A DNA stretch of 63,911 nt, the filler included, from Collodictyon triciliatum (Eukaryota), in assembly GCA_043381765.1 (NCBI GenBank). It is 13 parts of 13 records of this genome, joined end to end, with 100 filler letters (N's around TTAATTAATTAA, not from the genome) between each part and the next. Parts side by side here need not be neighbours in the genome. Positions count along the whole stretch, not along the records: positions 46,828 to 52,000 come from JBHJMP010005489.1; positions 52,101 to 57,197 come from JBHJMP010005490.1; positions 57,298 to 62,394 come from JBHJMP010005491.1; 10 more parts are not named here. One strand, written 5' to 3'. Position 1 is the first letter of the stretch. Each line of letters starts with the position of its first letter. Position numbers and translations under genes: made by a program. Below, piece by piece: positions 47,404-59,571 of the stretch. The notes under the pieces are model-generated. The model saw only the letters and a program-made list of their open reading frames with translations. It did no database searches and was not told where the DNA came from.

Positions 47404-50400
47404 TTATAATACCTCCCGAATTGATTTTTCAAAGATTGATATCAAAAAAAAAATACCCAAGATATGTTGGGATAACACAAAGAAATATATTATTATTTGT
47501 AGTATATAAAAGATTGCACAGATAAAGCAAAATGAATCAAAGGATGACACATGTATCGATAAATAAGTCTGAAGATGTTTTATTCGACGTTTTCTTTTAT
47601 ATTTAGGAATCTTCCGGAGACATTTACTGATCAGCTCATTAATGGATCCGGATTTTTCTTGATTTTGCTCATATTTTTCATTTTTACCCATGTTTGTTTG
47701 ATTGCACCACTTCTCAACAGAGGAAAAACTAGAGCTATTGATGCGAAATATAGCAACCAGATCGAATTCATTCCAATCAACAAGACCGATATCCAATATT
47801 GCGCATCAAAAAGAGTCGATAAGAGAGAAAGGAATAAAGATATAAGGATTATATATAAGCTGGACAGTTCCATCTGATTTTCAAAGTTAGAGTTGTAAGG
47901 CCTGTATTCTTTCTGCATCCAAATTGAACCCTAAAATTATTAAATTTGTAATCATAAAGTCAGGACATGTCACAACAAAATTATTTTGTCGTTGAAGTAA
48001 ACGAGACCTGAATTACAACGACGAGGAGTAGAAAGAAAACTGATGGCCTTGAATATGGAATCACACTGACGATTAAAGAGAAGGCTAATCGTCGCAGAAT
48101 AATCACAAACTCCCAATACTTGAAGCTCTAGTTTAAAAAAATGGCTTAGATCAAAAAAATTCATGATTTAATAAATACAAATTAATGGCAGGAACCTCTT
48201 TGTATGGAAGATACAGAAATCCGTATCGTGCTCCCGGCTCATATCCAGGTTTTTTATTCATGATTTTGACCTTCCACAAGATAAATGCCGGTAACCCAAT
48301 CAAAAAAACAATAAAAGCCGGGATGGATGTTGCAAGAAGCTTTTCATAATCACTCGAGGCTGGACTGCATAGAATCCAGGGTTTGAAATTTAGATACCAC
48401 TTCTCCTCTCCATCATCATAGATAGTGCAACCAAAAACTCCAAATACTTCTCTGGCGACCGAGTAGTAAATTAGGAATAAAAGCTTCAGAGTGATAAAAA
48501 TTGCCTGTCAATTATATAAAAATCAGCTGTTGGTCAAATGGCAAATTAAAAAATACTCTTAATATGCAGTAATAATGAAGTTGCAACAAACTTTGTTCCT
48601 CTTATGTCCATATCCAATAAAGTACGTGACTGAGCCTACAATTATGAAAACTGGAACTCTCGAAATACTGATAAGAAGAGAGATAAAATCGTCATTAATT
48701 CCTAGTACACACGCAATATTGGGAAATTGGATCGAACCAATAGATGATGATATGTCAAAGAAGTTGTTTGTTTCCTCTGACGAAACAAACCCAGCGGAGA
48801 TGATAGACAGTGTTTGCATGTGAAACATGGTAATTCTAAGCTTCGCTGAAATGAAAATATGAATTAAGGAATCTATACGTAATTTTTTTGGTTTCTTTTC
48901 AACAGTTTATTGAGAGAAAACAAAGCCGAGGAAACCGCCTTCGCAAGGAATCTATACGTAATAAAATTAAGTATTATTAAAAAAAAAAGACCTGATTTTG
49001 GAGTCTCCACAAAATACAAGTAGCAAAGAAACGTGAAGAATCCTATCGATCCAATAATTAAAAATGGGTAAACGTCCTCTCTTTTACATTTGAAGCAAGA
49101 TCTTCCTCTGGATCCGTATCCACTCTGACACTTTGAACATGCGTGCAGGCCATATCCTTCTTTGCATAAATCGGTGATTTCGATGGTCTTGCTTGTGTTA
49201 GATATTTTGTTCGGGATCAATACTATGCAAGAATCTGGTTGTGGGCATAGTTGGATAGACTTCACTCTTTGCACTGTTGGTGAAGCATAACAATACTTTA
49301 GTGATGTTCCATCAATGCAATCACACTCTCTTGGGCATGGGATACAATGATTTCCAAAACCGAAATACCCAGGTAGGCATTTGCAGAACTCATAATCGTA
49401 GTACTTTGGATCCAAATCAACAGTTGATTCGATTAAACCAGATTTGGAAACTATCGACGGACAGAAGTAATTAGTTGATTCACTATCTAATCTGAATGAA
49501 TTCTTAAAGCTCATGAAATCAGGCAGAAAATTGGACAGACGATGATTCATATTAGTGTTTTTCAATCCAAGATACTTAATTTTTGAAAATCTGCTGAAAG
49601 ATTCAGGTATGGTGCCCTTTATTGGATTTCCAGACAAATCAAGTGAAGTCCATCCCAATGGATTTGTGAGTACATCGATTTTTGTTATTTTATTGTTTCT
49701 TATGCTCAGGGTTTTTACACTAAACACGAAATCAAATATCCACCAATTCAATTCTCCATAGAGCTGATTGTCGTCGAGCAAAAGGGTTTCATAAAAGTAA
49801 ACGTAATAATCTTGATAATTATCAGGTGAAATAAAAATCCCAACATCACCAGAAAATGAGTTGTTTCTTAGGTCAACATATACTAAATTCGGTAAGTTCC
49901 AAAAATATATTGGCATGCTCCCTGAAAATTGGTTATGTGACAAAGTAATGGACTTTAGTCGCAATAAACTTTGAAAATGATTTGGTATTGATTCCTTCAT
50001 TCGATTCCATGAGAGGTCGATGTAAGAAATCGCAGGAATACTCCAGTAGGTAGGAATGGACCCAGTGACTTGATTTTCGCTAATATCCAGTGTTTTGAGT
50101 CTTGGTTTCTTGAATGAGGGTAACGTGCCAGTCAAATTATTCCGGAAAAGTAATAATTCTTTGACATTTGGGCAGTATTCAAAATGAGGAATCTGTCCTC
50201 CTATGTAATTCTCATACACAGAGAAATATTCCAGATTCATAAGTTTGAGCCGAGTTGGTATTGTTCCTGTTGTACAAGTATCCCTTTCAATTTTTGATTT
50301 TATTTGATCTAGAAAACAATTTAACCTTTCAATTAAATCAAAAAAAAAAGCCAACCAGTTAATTTGTTTCGGTCGAGATTAATTTCTCGAACATTTAGGC

Positions 50401-51890
50401 TCCCTCCAAAGATTGGCATCGATCCTTTTTAAAATGCTGAATTTAAATCTTATTTTGAGACGAGCCATTCAAAAATGTGCATTTTTTGCTGCAGGAATGT
50501 ATATTTTATTAAACGAACCATTTAATTGATTTCCACGAAGATTGATTGATTCAAGGTTGGGAATGAAATTAAAATCTGGGATGCAACCTTAATTACGAGG
50601 TTAGTATGAAATCAAGTTTTTGTATACATATTTTAATTCACTAAAATAATTATGAAACTTACTTGTAAGATTATTACTGTAAATAGATATGTGTAAAATA
50701 CTAGGAATTTCTTCAAAGTCTGGAATATTTCCTGTGTTTCCAGAAAAATTAGATGATAATACAATAATATTATGGCTATTTATCTTACCGTTCAAATTGT
50801 TTATGGAAAAGTCTATAACCATGGTTTTTGGAATAGCGCTGAAGTTTGGAATAGTTCCTGCTGTCGGTTTTAGTATAAAATATTAATTATTATATCTAAA
50901 AAAAGTATATTTACCATTCAAATCGTTGATTGAAAAGTATATCGCATAAAGGTCGGGAATGCCACTAAAGTTTGGAATTGTACCTACAAAGTAATTAGTC
51001 AGAAAATGTCATACAAATTTAAAAAAAAAACTCATGAAAATTACCAGTGATTTGATTGCTATAAAAATCCACCATCTGTATATTTGGCATGTTTGTAAAA
51101 TCGGGGATTGTGCCTATATTGTAAATTAGTAAAAAAAAAAAATTATGCTTAATAAAACCAAACCTTACCAATCAGGTTGTTGATAGAAATATCAACATCA
51201 GCTAGATTCGGTATGCTAAGAAAGTTGGGTATTTTTCCTAATCTTTAAATCAGTACCAATTTCATAAATTTAAATTATGAACAAAACCTACCAGTTAGCA
51301 TATTGAGTGATAAATCAATTATTTGAATGGATGGTATGAAACGGAAGTTTGGAATCGTCCCTGCGTCGCAATCTCTTTAGTTATGATTGTACCACAATTT
51401 CACAAAAATAATTATACAAACCATGAATTTTTGTATTAGAAATTCCAATAATGCTCACGATGGGAAACCCAGAAAAATCTGGCAAAGTTCCTAATAATGC
51501 GTTCAAATTTTAAAAACTTAATGTCATATAATCAAGAATAAAAAAAAAAGTCACCTATAAGTTTATCGCTGGCGCCGATAAACAATACTTTCATTAATGG
51601 CATTCCAGAGAAGTCAGGGATGCTGCCATTCAAAGGATTGTAGCCAATTTCTAACTCTACCGTATAAGGCAATCCTTGGAAATCAGGAATCATTCCGGTG
51701 ATTTCGTTCCAGTAAAGCTTTAGATGCAAAAGGTTTGGAGACTTTAAGTCCGGCAAATTTCCGTAAATCAAATTATATCGCAAATCCAAATAACTCAAAA
51801 ACGAAAGTTGTTGAAATATTGCTGATGCAGCTTCGATATCACCGTAAACATTATTATCTGGCATATTAATTTCAACAATAGGACAGGAGT
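47404..51890 (-). CDS. LRR ectodomain plus Cys-rich region plus multi-pass TM receptor-like protein, 5' truncated
   Basis: Many N.L.G.IP LRRs, CKCLPGYFG and CKEGYGLHACSKC segments, then hydrophobic helices with YGFLYLPYK and RPY...NQMELSSL. Confidence 0.88.
48884..48944 (-). mobile_element. 61-bp retroposed insertion with 18-bp target-site duplication (second family)
   Basis: aaggaatctatacgtaat occurs at 48866-48883 and 48945-48962. The insert has AATAAA and an A tail on the minus strand. Confidence 0.8.
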
Positions 51891-52596
51891 TACTCTGTAT
51901 AATAATTTTTAATTTTTAATTTTTAATTTTTAATTTTTAATTTTTAATTTTTAATTTTTAATTTTTAATTTTTAATTTTTAATTTTTAATTTTTAATTTT
52001 NNNNNNNNNNNNNNNNNNNNNNNNNNNNNNNNNNNNNNNNNNNNTTAATTAATTAANNNNNNNNNNNNNNNNNNNNNNNNNNNNNNNNNNNNNNNNNNNN
52101 GAGTGAGTGAGTGAGTGAGTGAGTGAGTGAGTGAGTGAGTGAGTGAGTGAGTGAGTGAGTGAGTGAGTGAGTGAGTGAGTGAGAGAGTGAGAGAGTGAGA
52201 GAGAGAGAGAGAGAGTGGGAGAGTGAGTGAGTGAGTGAGTGACTCAGTGAGTGAGTGACTGAGTGAGTGAGTGAGACAGTGAGACAGTGAGAGTGAGTGA
52301 GTGGGTGAGTGGGTGAGTGAGTGAGAGTGATGAAGTGAGTGGGTGAGTGAGTGAGTGGATGAGTGAGTGAAAAAAAATAATCAACAAGCCGCGGAGAAGG
52401 AACCCACACGACACAGAGCAAGCGAGGGAATGCACCAACTACAAGTTGCCAGGAAACTGTGTTTGTGGCGATGTTTAGATCGATCAGGGTTCCACGTAAC
52501 ATAACGAAATCGACAAGTGCGGAAGTTATAAATTTTATTCCGCATCACCTGCTAAGGGCAAAATAATCAGAACATGTATATTCTAAATGCTATGTA

Positions 52597-52735
52597 GTTT
52601 ATTTATTATAACTAGCAAGAAGGGGTTGCCAATCTTTTCGATTGAGAAACCTGGTGCGCTAGTATCCAAGGTCTCTCCACTTTTTTAAACAAAGATTGTG
52701 AAGCGGTGAAGGCTGCCTGGAAAGACCCAAAAGCC
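52597..52735 (-). ncRNA. Putative Fanzor omegaRNA, copy B
   Basis: Same invariant 29-nt hairpin and covarying subterminal hairpin as copy A. Scaffold end inferred at CTAG 52612-52615. Confidence 0.7.
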
Positions 52736-54618
52736 TATTTTTTTAGAGGAAGATGTATGCATTTTTTGAAGGGTTAAATGAACTTTCTTGAGTATATTGT
52801 TAGCCCTGTTAAAGTCCCTTGTCAAGAATATACTTTGTTTGCTTTCTGGGCGATGGCATTCTTTACATATGACACATCTATACACCTTTTTTTGAATTTC
52901 CTTTCAGTCATATATTCCAGTTCTTTTTCGCAGTTACAACACATCTTGGAGGTTCTAAATTCATTTACACTTACTGTTTCAAACCGTTTGGATAGTATTT
53001 TTCGTAATCCTCTTCCGTTTATTGCCATAAAATGGTTTCGTCGGGGATTTTCTGCTCCAGTCTCCTTACGCCAGTACAACATCCTTGCCAAATGCCTTTT
53101 CGATTCGGTCCATAAACAATTTTCACTTCTTTTTGTATTAACATACCATCTCCGTCTCATCTTTCGAAAAGTTACTTGTTTATAAAATCTGGATAATTCT
53201 ACCTGGAATCTTGATTTCATTGATACATATTCTCGAAATTTTTCATAATCGACCGCGCATGAATTATGTTTACTCAGTTTTGTCTCCAAATCGATTAAAG
53301 ATACTCTTGATGTCTCAAACTGCTGATTCTCTTCAAAAGTCAGGGATAAAAGAAACGGCGCTTTGTAATCTGTTGCCATGCATATCCCTAAAGCATTGCA
53401 CTTTTTTTTCTTGCGCAAGAGTATTTTGTGACTTTAAAGAGATTTGCTATCATGTCTTCTTTGGTGTGCCATGTAACGTAATTTCTTACCTGTCTCATAC
53501 ACCATGTAAACCAAATGAAACTTGCCTGCGTCCACTCAAACTATTATTTTTTTTCGCTGATAAAGATAACTGCTCTTCGGAAAGTACATCTATATAAACA
53601 TATTCTTTGGGTTTTATTATTATTATTGATTTTTGAATTTGAGATACCTTTCTTTTCATATAATAATGACACCGCTAAGGCGTTTGATTGTATCATGTAT
53701 TTGAAATTGTAGTCTGTTTGATGAAAGACCCTCTTCTTCATTTCAAAGAACTCATCTCATAGGGTCTCTTTGCGTCTTTATATATTCTTCAATAATAATG
53801 TTTTTCCAGATAATAATAATATATATCAAACATGCAGTATCTGGAGTAATATGACATGGTATATTATTAGTTCTTTAGATATTGGTTGAAACTGTTTGGT
53901 TCCAATGTCCTCAAAAAATGCGATTCATGTAAATCGCACATGGAATGTACATGTTTGGATTGACTTTGACGTCATATTCGATACCTTTTACAATATCGCT
54001 GGGAATGATATGATGCAAATGCATTATAACCCATTCTTTGTATTGTTCCGGTATTTCGAGTTTCTTGAAGATGGCTCTTTTTTTTAACTTTCGTAACCCT
54101 GCCTTTTTAATAGCTTCCGTCATATTCTGATCCTTAGGTACTGTTTTATTTATAAAGCGCAGTAACATCTCTACAAAATGTTCCTTAATGTTAATATGAT
54201 AAACTGTAAGCATTTGCTTTGCCAAGTACAGTAATGAATGAGACAGCCTAACCAACGGAACGCATTCTTCTCGGGACAAAAGGAATCGAAAATCATTGGG
54301 ATAAAAATTCATCATGTCATCTCTCATTTCCGGATGTTTTAATCTTGCGAGTCTATCTTGTGAAACTATTCCAACTTTCTTTAAAGCTTACAAAAAAATC
54401 TTTTCATCGATTGTTGGGAGTTGTTGCGAGTTCAGTATATAACATCTTGCAGACAGATAAGTGTCGGTAACCAAATCATGACATAATAAAACCGTATCGT
54501 TGATTTTGTAATAGTCATCCGGATTCTTTACAATCGACTTTAGAGATGTTTTCACATTTCGATAATGTGGTTTTACAGACTTTAGATTCTCAGACTAAAG
54601 ACGATTTCTTTTCTTTAT
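52685..54618 (-). pseudogene. Fanzor1 (TnpB-like RuvC nuclease), frameshifted with stops, copy B
   Basis: VKTSLKSIVKN, YLAKQMLTVYHINIKEHF, YMIQSNALAVSLL, V*VDAGK, VNEFRTSKMCCNC, RCVICKEC, TRDFNRANNI. Confidence 0.92.
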
Positions 54619-55017
54619 CTGAAAGTCTTTGCTTTACTTTTTCCTTTAGAAAACTGCCGAGTTTTTAATTTTAATAAAACTTTAGTCAATTAGTCAATCT
54701 AATAAAAACACAACTGCACAAAATCAATTATGTAAAATTAAGCATTTACCGAGACTCTCAAAATGTGCGCTTTGTGGCAAACAGACACACAAAGTTTTTT
54801 AAAATAAGTGATTTGAGACAAAACGCTGCGAGCCGATTCGGCGAGTTCGAAAGGACAGCCGTATAGCCATTGCGACTGAAAGTCAACATATCGTCCCCAA
54901 ACAACATGATTACCGCCGCAAGTGTGGATAGTATGCTTTTTCGAAATGCATGTTTAGTGGCAGGTTAAAGGGGGGATTCTGTCTGGGCGAAGGCAAGGGC
55001 TTGTTTATAGTTTTTGA

Positions 55018-55043
55018 TTTTTTTTCCTTTATTCGATTCAAAG
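55018..55043 (-). mobile_element. 26-bp LINE 3' remnant with 11-bp target-site duplication, nested in copy B
   Basis: atagtttttga at 55007-55017 and 55044-55054. The homologous site in copy A (about 30125-30140) is empty. Confidence 0.85.
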
Positions 55044-57494
55044 ATAGTTTTTGAATTTTAATTTTAATATTACATATATGGGAAATAAAATATAAATTAA
55101 TTCAGGAATAGAATGATAGATTAAGTATTTTTTTAACCTTACTATATATACTGATTGTACTATTATATTATTCAGGTTGCTTCTTAGATTCATCAAAGCT
55201 CCTGCTTTTGCCAACCCAGAAATAACTCGATGGTTGTCTGTGCAATAAATCGATGTATATGAGAACACTTTCGTTTTATAAAAAGTGTTTTGCCTTGAAA
55301 TGGATAAAACCAAGTTCGTCACAACCTTTGCAATGAAGTTTATCCATTTACAGGCTGAATGAAACCGAAGAAAATAGAGACCGAAGAAAAAAAAAGGAAA
55401 GACAAATGAACCAAAGCAACTAATACTGAGCGATATAATCATAATTATCTTGCTACCCGTGAGTTGATAGCCTGAGCTTGAGGCTTATCAGCCTTTCTTC
55501 GGGTGCTTCTTGCTCTCTTTGATTCCTTACGCGGATCACTTGGTCATGGAGCCATTCATCTCTTTGCTGGAATATCTCTCTTTGCCGTATTTGTCTATCA
55601 TAAACATTCATCTTTCCTGGTCTGCCTCTTCTTTCTTCAGGCATCTCATTTTGCAGCCGCTTTTCTTATGTTTTATCCAAATATTTGGGCACCTTATCGT
55701 CGCTCACGGTGGCTGGACACGATGAAATGGCCCTTTTGCTTATCTTCTTGCTCCGTCAAATCGAACTAAATATTTTTCTATTTATATTAATATGAAATTC
55801 GATATTCAACCTTCTTAACGCTTCATTTATTATCATAAAAGCCGTCAATAAAATACCTCAACCATTTCAAATGACATAAAATTTATTTACTGTCTTTTAC
55901 GTAATTGTTTTAACGCACTTCATGAGAGGAATATTTGACTTCACTTGATTCATCATCTTACGCATAATCTTAATAACAAAGAATAAATGATATATGCCGT
56001 ATTGTTTCATGGGTTGCAATAGTGTATGTTTTGAGATCTCGCTATGATAGCAGGCTAGGAGCGCTGGAGTCGTCCATGCCACGGAGTTTTCCTCATTGCG
56101 CATTGAACGCTTATGCCCCGAACGCGAATGGCTGTCATACCGCTTCTACCTTGTTCATCAAATAGCTCGCTCCGTCTTAATATCGGTTTGTTATACTCAT
56201 GGGTCGGTGTGTTTCGGTGCGTAACCTGTATTGTAAGGGATCTTGTCAAGTGGCCTTTTCGCTCTCTGGGTTGGCTGTGTCGGCCTTCTCGGTTTGCGTA
56301 CAATCAGTAGGCGTTCATTGGGGCAGGGCTGTGGCGCTGGTCTCGTCCTTCTCAGGATCTCTCTTTTCGATCGCTTCCTTGTTTTTTTCCAGCTTTAGAA
56401 TATGGTGGGTTGTGTGAAGAAGGAAAGAACGCCAGCGTAATAGTATTATTTTCTGGAGAATGTGTCTTTCTTTCTCCCCCAGTGTTTATTATTTCTCAGC
56501 AAAAGGAGACTTTTTTTCTTTTTCATTATGTTTTTTTTTATTGTTTCTTCAACTCTGTATCTCTCTGTCGGGGTGATCACACGTTTATTCGCAGCGCATA
56601 GTAAAATAAAAAATAAAAAAAATAAAAAAATCTGGCCTGGGCTCGAACTTTCTAATATTTCCTACACAGAAACGCACAAACAGTTCAAGTTCTACGAAAT
56701 GATATCAATATATACTTAGTTAATAATTAATTGATGGTAACTAATATTAAGCTGGCCAAAGTTGGAGGCTGAAGAGTTTCTTGTGAGCCCGTGCAAACGC
56801 AGCCAACACGTAACGAAAGTGCTGACGAAGGGACGGTATCCTTGTGGCACTTGGACGTTTGTTAAAAAGCGACATGTGGGAAATGACAATTGCTTTTCAG
56901 GATGCAGAGAGCGTTTCAAGAAAAGACCCGTCGGGTTGTGTTCGTCCTGGGTAAGGTTGTCATTTCGTTTGATTGCGAATAATATTTTTTCCAGGACGAT
57001 TTTCTTGCTTGGCGTTGGGCTGTATTTTTTTTTTTTTTGCTCTATTTCTTTGACATTTTCTTTTCGGTTTTGTTTGTTTGCTTTAGTAAGTTATTGTTAT
57101 TAGTATTATTAGTATTATTATTAGTATTATTATTAGTATTATTATTAGTATTATTATTAGTATTATTATTAGTATTATTATTAGTATTATTATTAGTNNN
57201 NNNNNNNNNNNNNNNNNNNNNNNNNNNNNNNNNNNNNNNNNTTAATTAATTAANNNNNNNNNNNNNNNNNNNNNNNNNNNNNNNNNNNNNNNNNNNNTTT
57301 TGTTTTGTTTTTGCTTTTTGCTTTTTGCTTTTTGCTTTTTGCTTTTTGCTTTTTGCTTTTTGCTTTTTGCTTTTTGCTTTTTGCTTTTTGCTTTTTGCAA
57401 TCGCCTTGTCATTCATATTTTGGTTCCTTTTAGCTCCTTTTCAAAAATATGGACATAGTTGTGTATCTAGATAGGCATTTAGAGACTCTAGTCT

Positions 57495-59571
57495 TTATAC
57501 GATGTTGACTCGCTTTCGAGATTCTCTCTTGGCAGCTTCTTCTTGTTCGTACTTTATGTATCCGTACCTTTGTGTAATTAAAAACAAAAATAATGATTAT
57601 AATATTATCCAAAATACACGAAAGTAAATACTTTTTTTTCTCCTTTCGCTTGCTTCATTGTTCAAATGGGTAAATTACACCAAATTACTGATATTACCAT
57701 ATGCTTGCAAGAGTGCTTTCCACAATCCCTGAGATGTTCAAGATTGTGTACTGGTTGTCGTCAAAAAAGAAGTAACCAAAGAACGTGGTTATGACATTTT
57801 TCAACTGGCCTATAATAAAGTGTGTCATGAGTAACGTTAAAAAAAAAACAAAAAAAAAAAAACAATTGATACTATTAAAAGCCTCGTCATGTAATATTTT
57901 CATCCTAAAATAAAAGTAAATAAAGAGGAAAAACACTATTTTCTTTTTGTTAAGGGAAAATTACCTGTGACACTCGTCGTCAAAGGTGAATTTATTGTGG
58001 TACACAGAAAGATGGCGTAATTCAGGATGAATGCTTGTGCAGATGATAGTAGAAAGGATACCTTGTGTTGTAAATTTTCATTCATAATCAAGTTGGATTA
58101 AGAATCATCTCCTTGTTTGGGACTCGTAATAGGATTTTTTTTCCTTTATTCGATTCAAAGTGTAGCGAGGTTATGCCAGGGACTCGTAATAGGATAATAA
58201 TGATACCTGAAAGTAAATATCACCAAGGCTGGGATGATTCCAAGCCCCTTCATGCTCTCCAGTAAACCAAACGACAATAGCAACGAAAGGAATAGAGAGA
58301 ATGTTGTTGTAGTATATGAGGCCAAAATTATTTATCCCGGTCTCCTTCTGTACAATTTTAAAAATAACTTTAGATAAGATAAATCCCTTTCTATAACAAC
58401 TTCAAGAAACATTAGAATCTTGTTCAAAATAATTGAAAAAAGTAAACGAACATTAGAGAATGGTACCTTAAGCTTTGATATATAAATCAAGTACATCGCG
58501 GTCGATATACAATTCAGAAAAACCAAAAAATACCCAATGGGGTTAAACTGGATATCAGTTATGCCTGCAATAACAGCACCTAAACGAAATTAAAGAAGGA
58601 TGCATTACATTAGGCAAATTTTAAAATAAAATAATTTATGTCTATCTCGACTTCGAATATATTTGATTCTGCTTTTAGATTATTAAATATTTGGTGGTGG
58701 TTTAGATCTACAAGTTGATTTTATAGAAATAAAATATGATCTAACAACGCAACTTGAAATAAAATTTACAAATGCATAAAGCTGGTTATATATATATAAT
58801 AAAAAAAAATAGCTGAGAAAATTTTCCTTATTTTTACCTAAGACCATGAATATGATTGAAAGAGTTTCCTTCATCGGGTATTTTTTATTCAGTACGGAGA
58901 ATTCGAAAACCATGACCATAAATGTAGTAAATCGACGAAGAGAACTATGTGTGCATATTTATTTCAAGAAGAAATTAACAGCCATTAAGAAATATGTTCA
59001 TGATTGCACGGAAATTATAGTTAGCAAAAAGAAAAGAAAAAAAAGAAAGAATAACATGTAGCTGAACTGAAAGTATGTATATTCCAAAGAAATGCATTAA
59101 CAGAAGCTCCAAGTTTCTATCCTCACAAACAAACCTCCACAAAGGAACATTCATATATCCCAAAGATGACAACCCTGTTACAACCATCGCATTAAACCAA
59201 AATGCCAGAGGAAACAACTGCAGAACATGTATATGAAAATATGAGTATTTTCCTTAACTAATTTCAATTTTGATTACCCTAAACAACATAGTAATGTAAA
59301 GCGTTGGAAATAGAGTAAAAAAATAAAAGTCCATAAATTTAAGAGATAGAGAGAAAAATAGCACATGTACCTTGACCCCTATTTTCTTTTCAAACGATGG
59401 ATATTCAACCAGGGATAATTTTTTCATGCAGACAAGTAAAAGTATTGAAAAAATCATTTGAGATAGAGTCAGCAAATTGGAGTACTGAAACGAATAAACC
59501 GACAGCACAATTTTGTTGAAGAACGTGATTGATATAGAGACAACTCCTAGAATGATCCCAATCGGTATCAT
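57495..59571 (-). CDS. Nucleotide-sugar transporter (SLC35D/TPT family), multi-exon
   Basis: SISITFFNKIVL, MNVPLWSSLRR, FGLIYYNNILSIP, CTTINSPLTTSVTGQLKN. Start codon uncertain. Confidence 0.92.
58136..58178 (-). mobile_element. 43-bp LINE 3' remnant with perfect 17-bp target-site duplication, intronic
   Basis: gggactcgtaataggat at 58119-58135 and 58179-58195. The insert matches the 3' end of 62078-62213. Confidence 0.9.

Larger units (their letters stand above)
52612..56390 (-). mobile_element. Fanzor-carrying element, copy B (Helitron-like 3' end; 5' limit uncertain)
   Basis: Colinear homology with 26901-31031. Ends in a hairpin, then CTAG, then T on the minus strand. Confidence 0.85.

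Noticed and set aside
52101-52370. (GAGT)n tract as a telomeric or CRISPR-like repeat
   Set aside because: It is a simple degenerate tetranucleotide microsatellite with no unique spacers and no telomere motif.
56575-56602. Partial match (cacgtttatt..cag) between the predicted copy A guide and a site upstream of copy B, suggesting cross-targeting
   Set aside because: Only 13 of 20 positions match, with mismatches at guide positions 1, 2, 6 and 7, in AT-rich DNA. This is compatible with chance.
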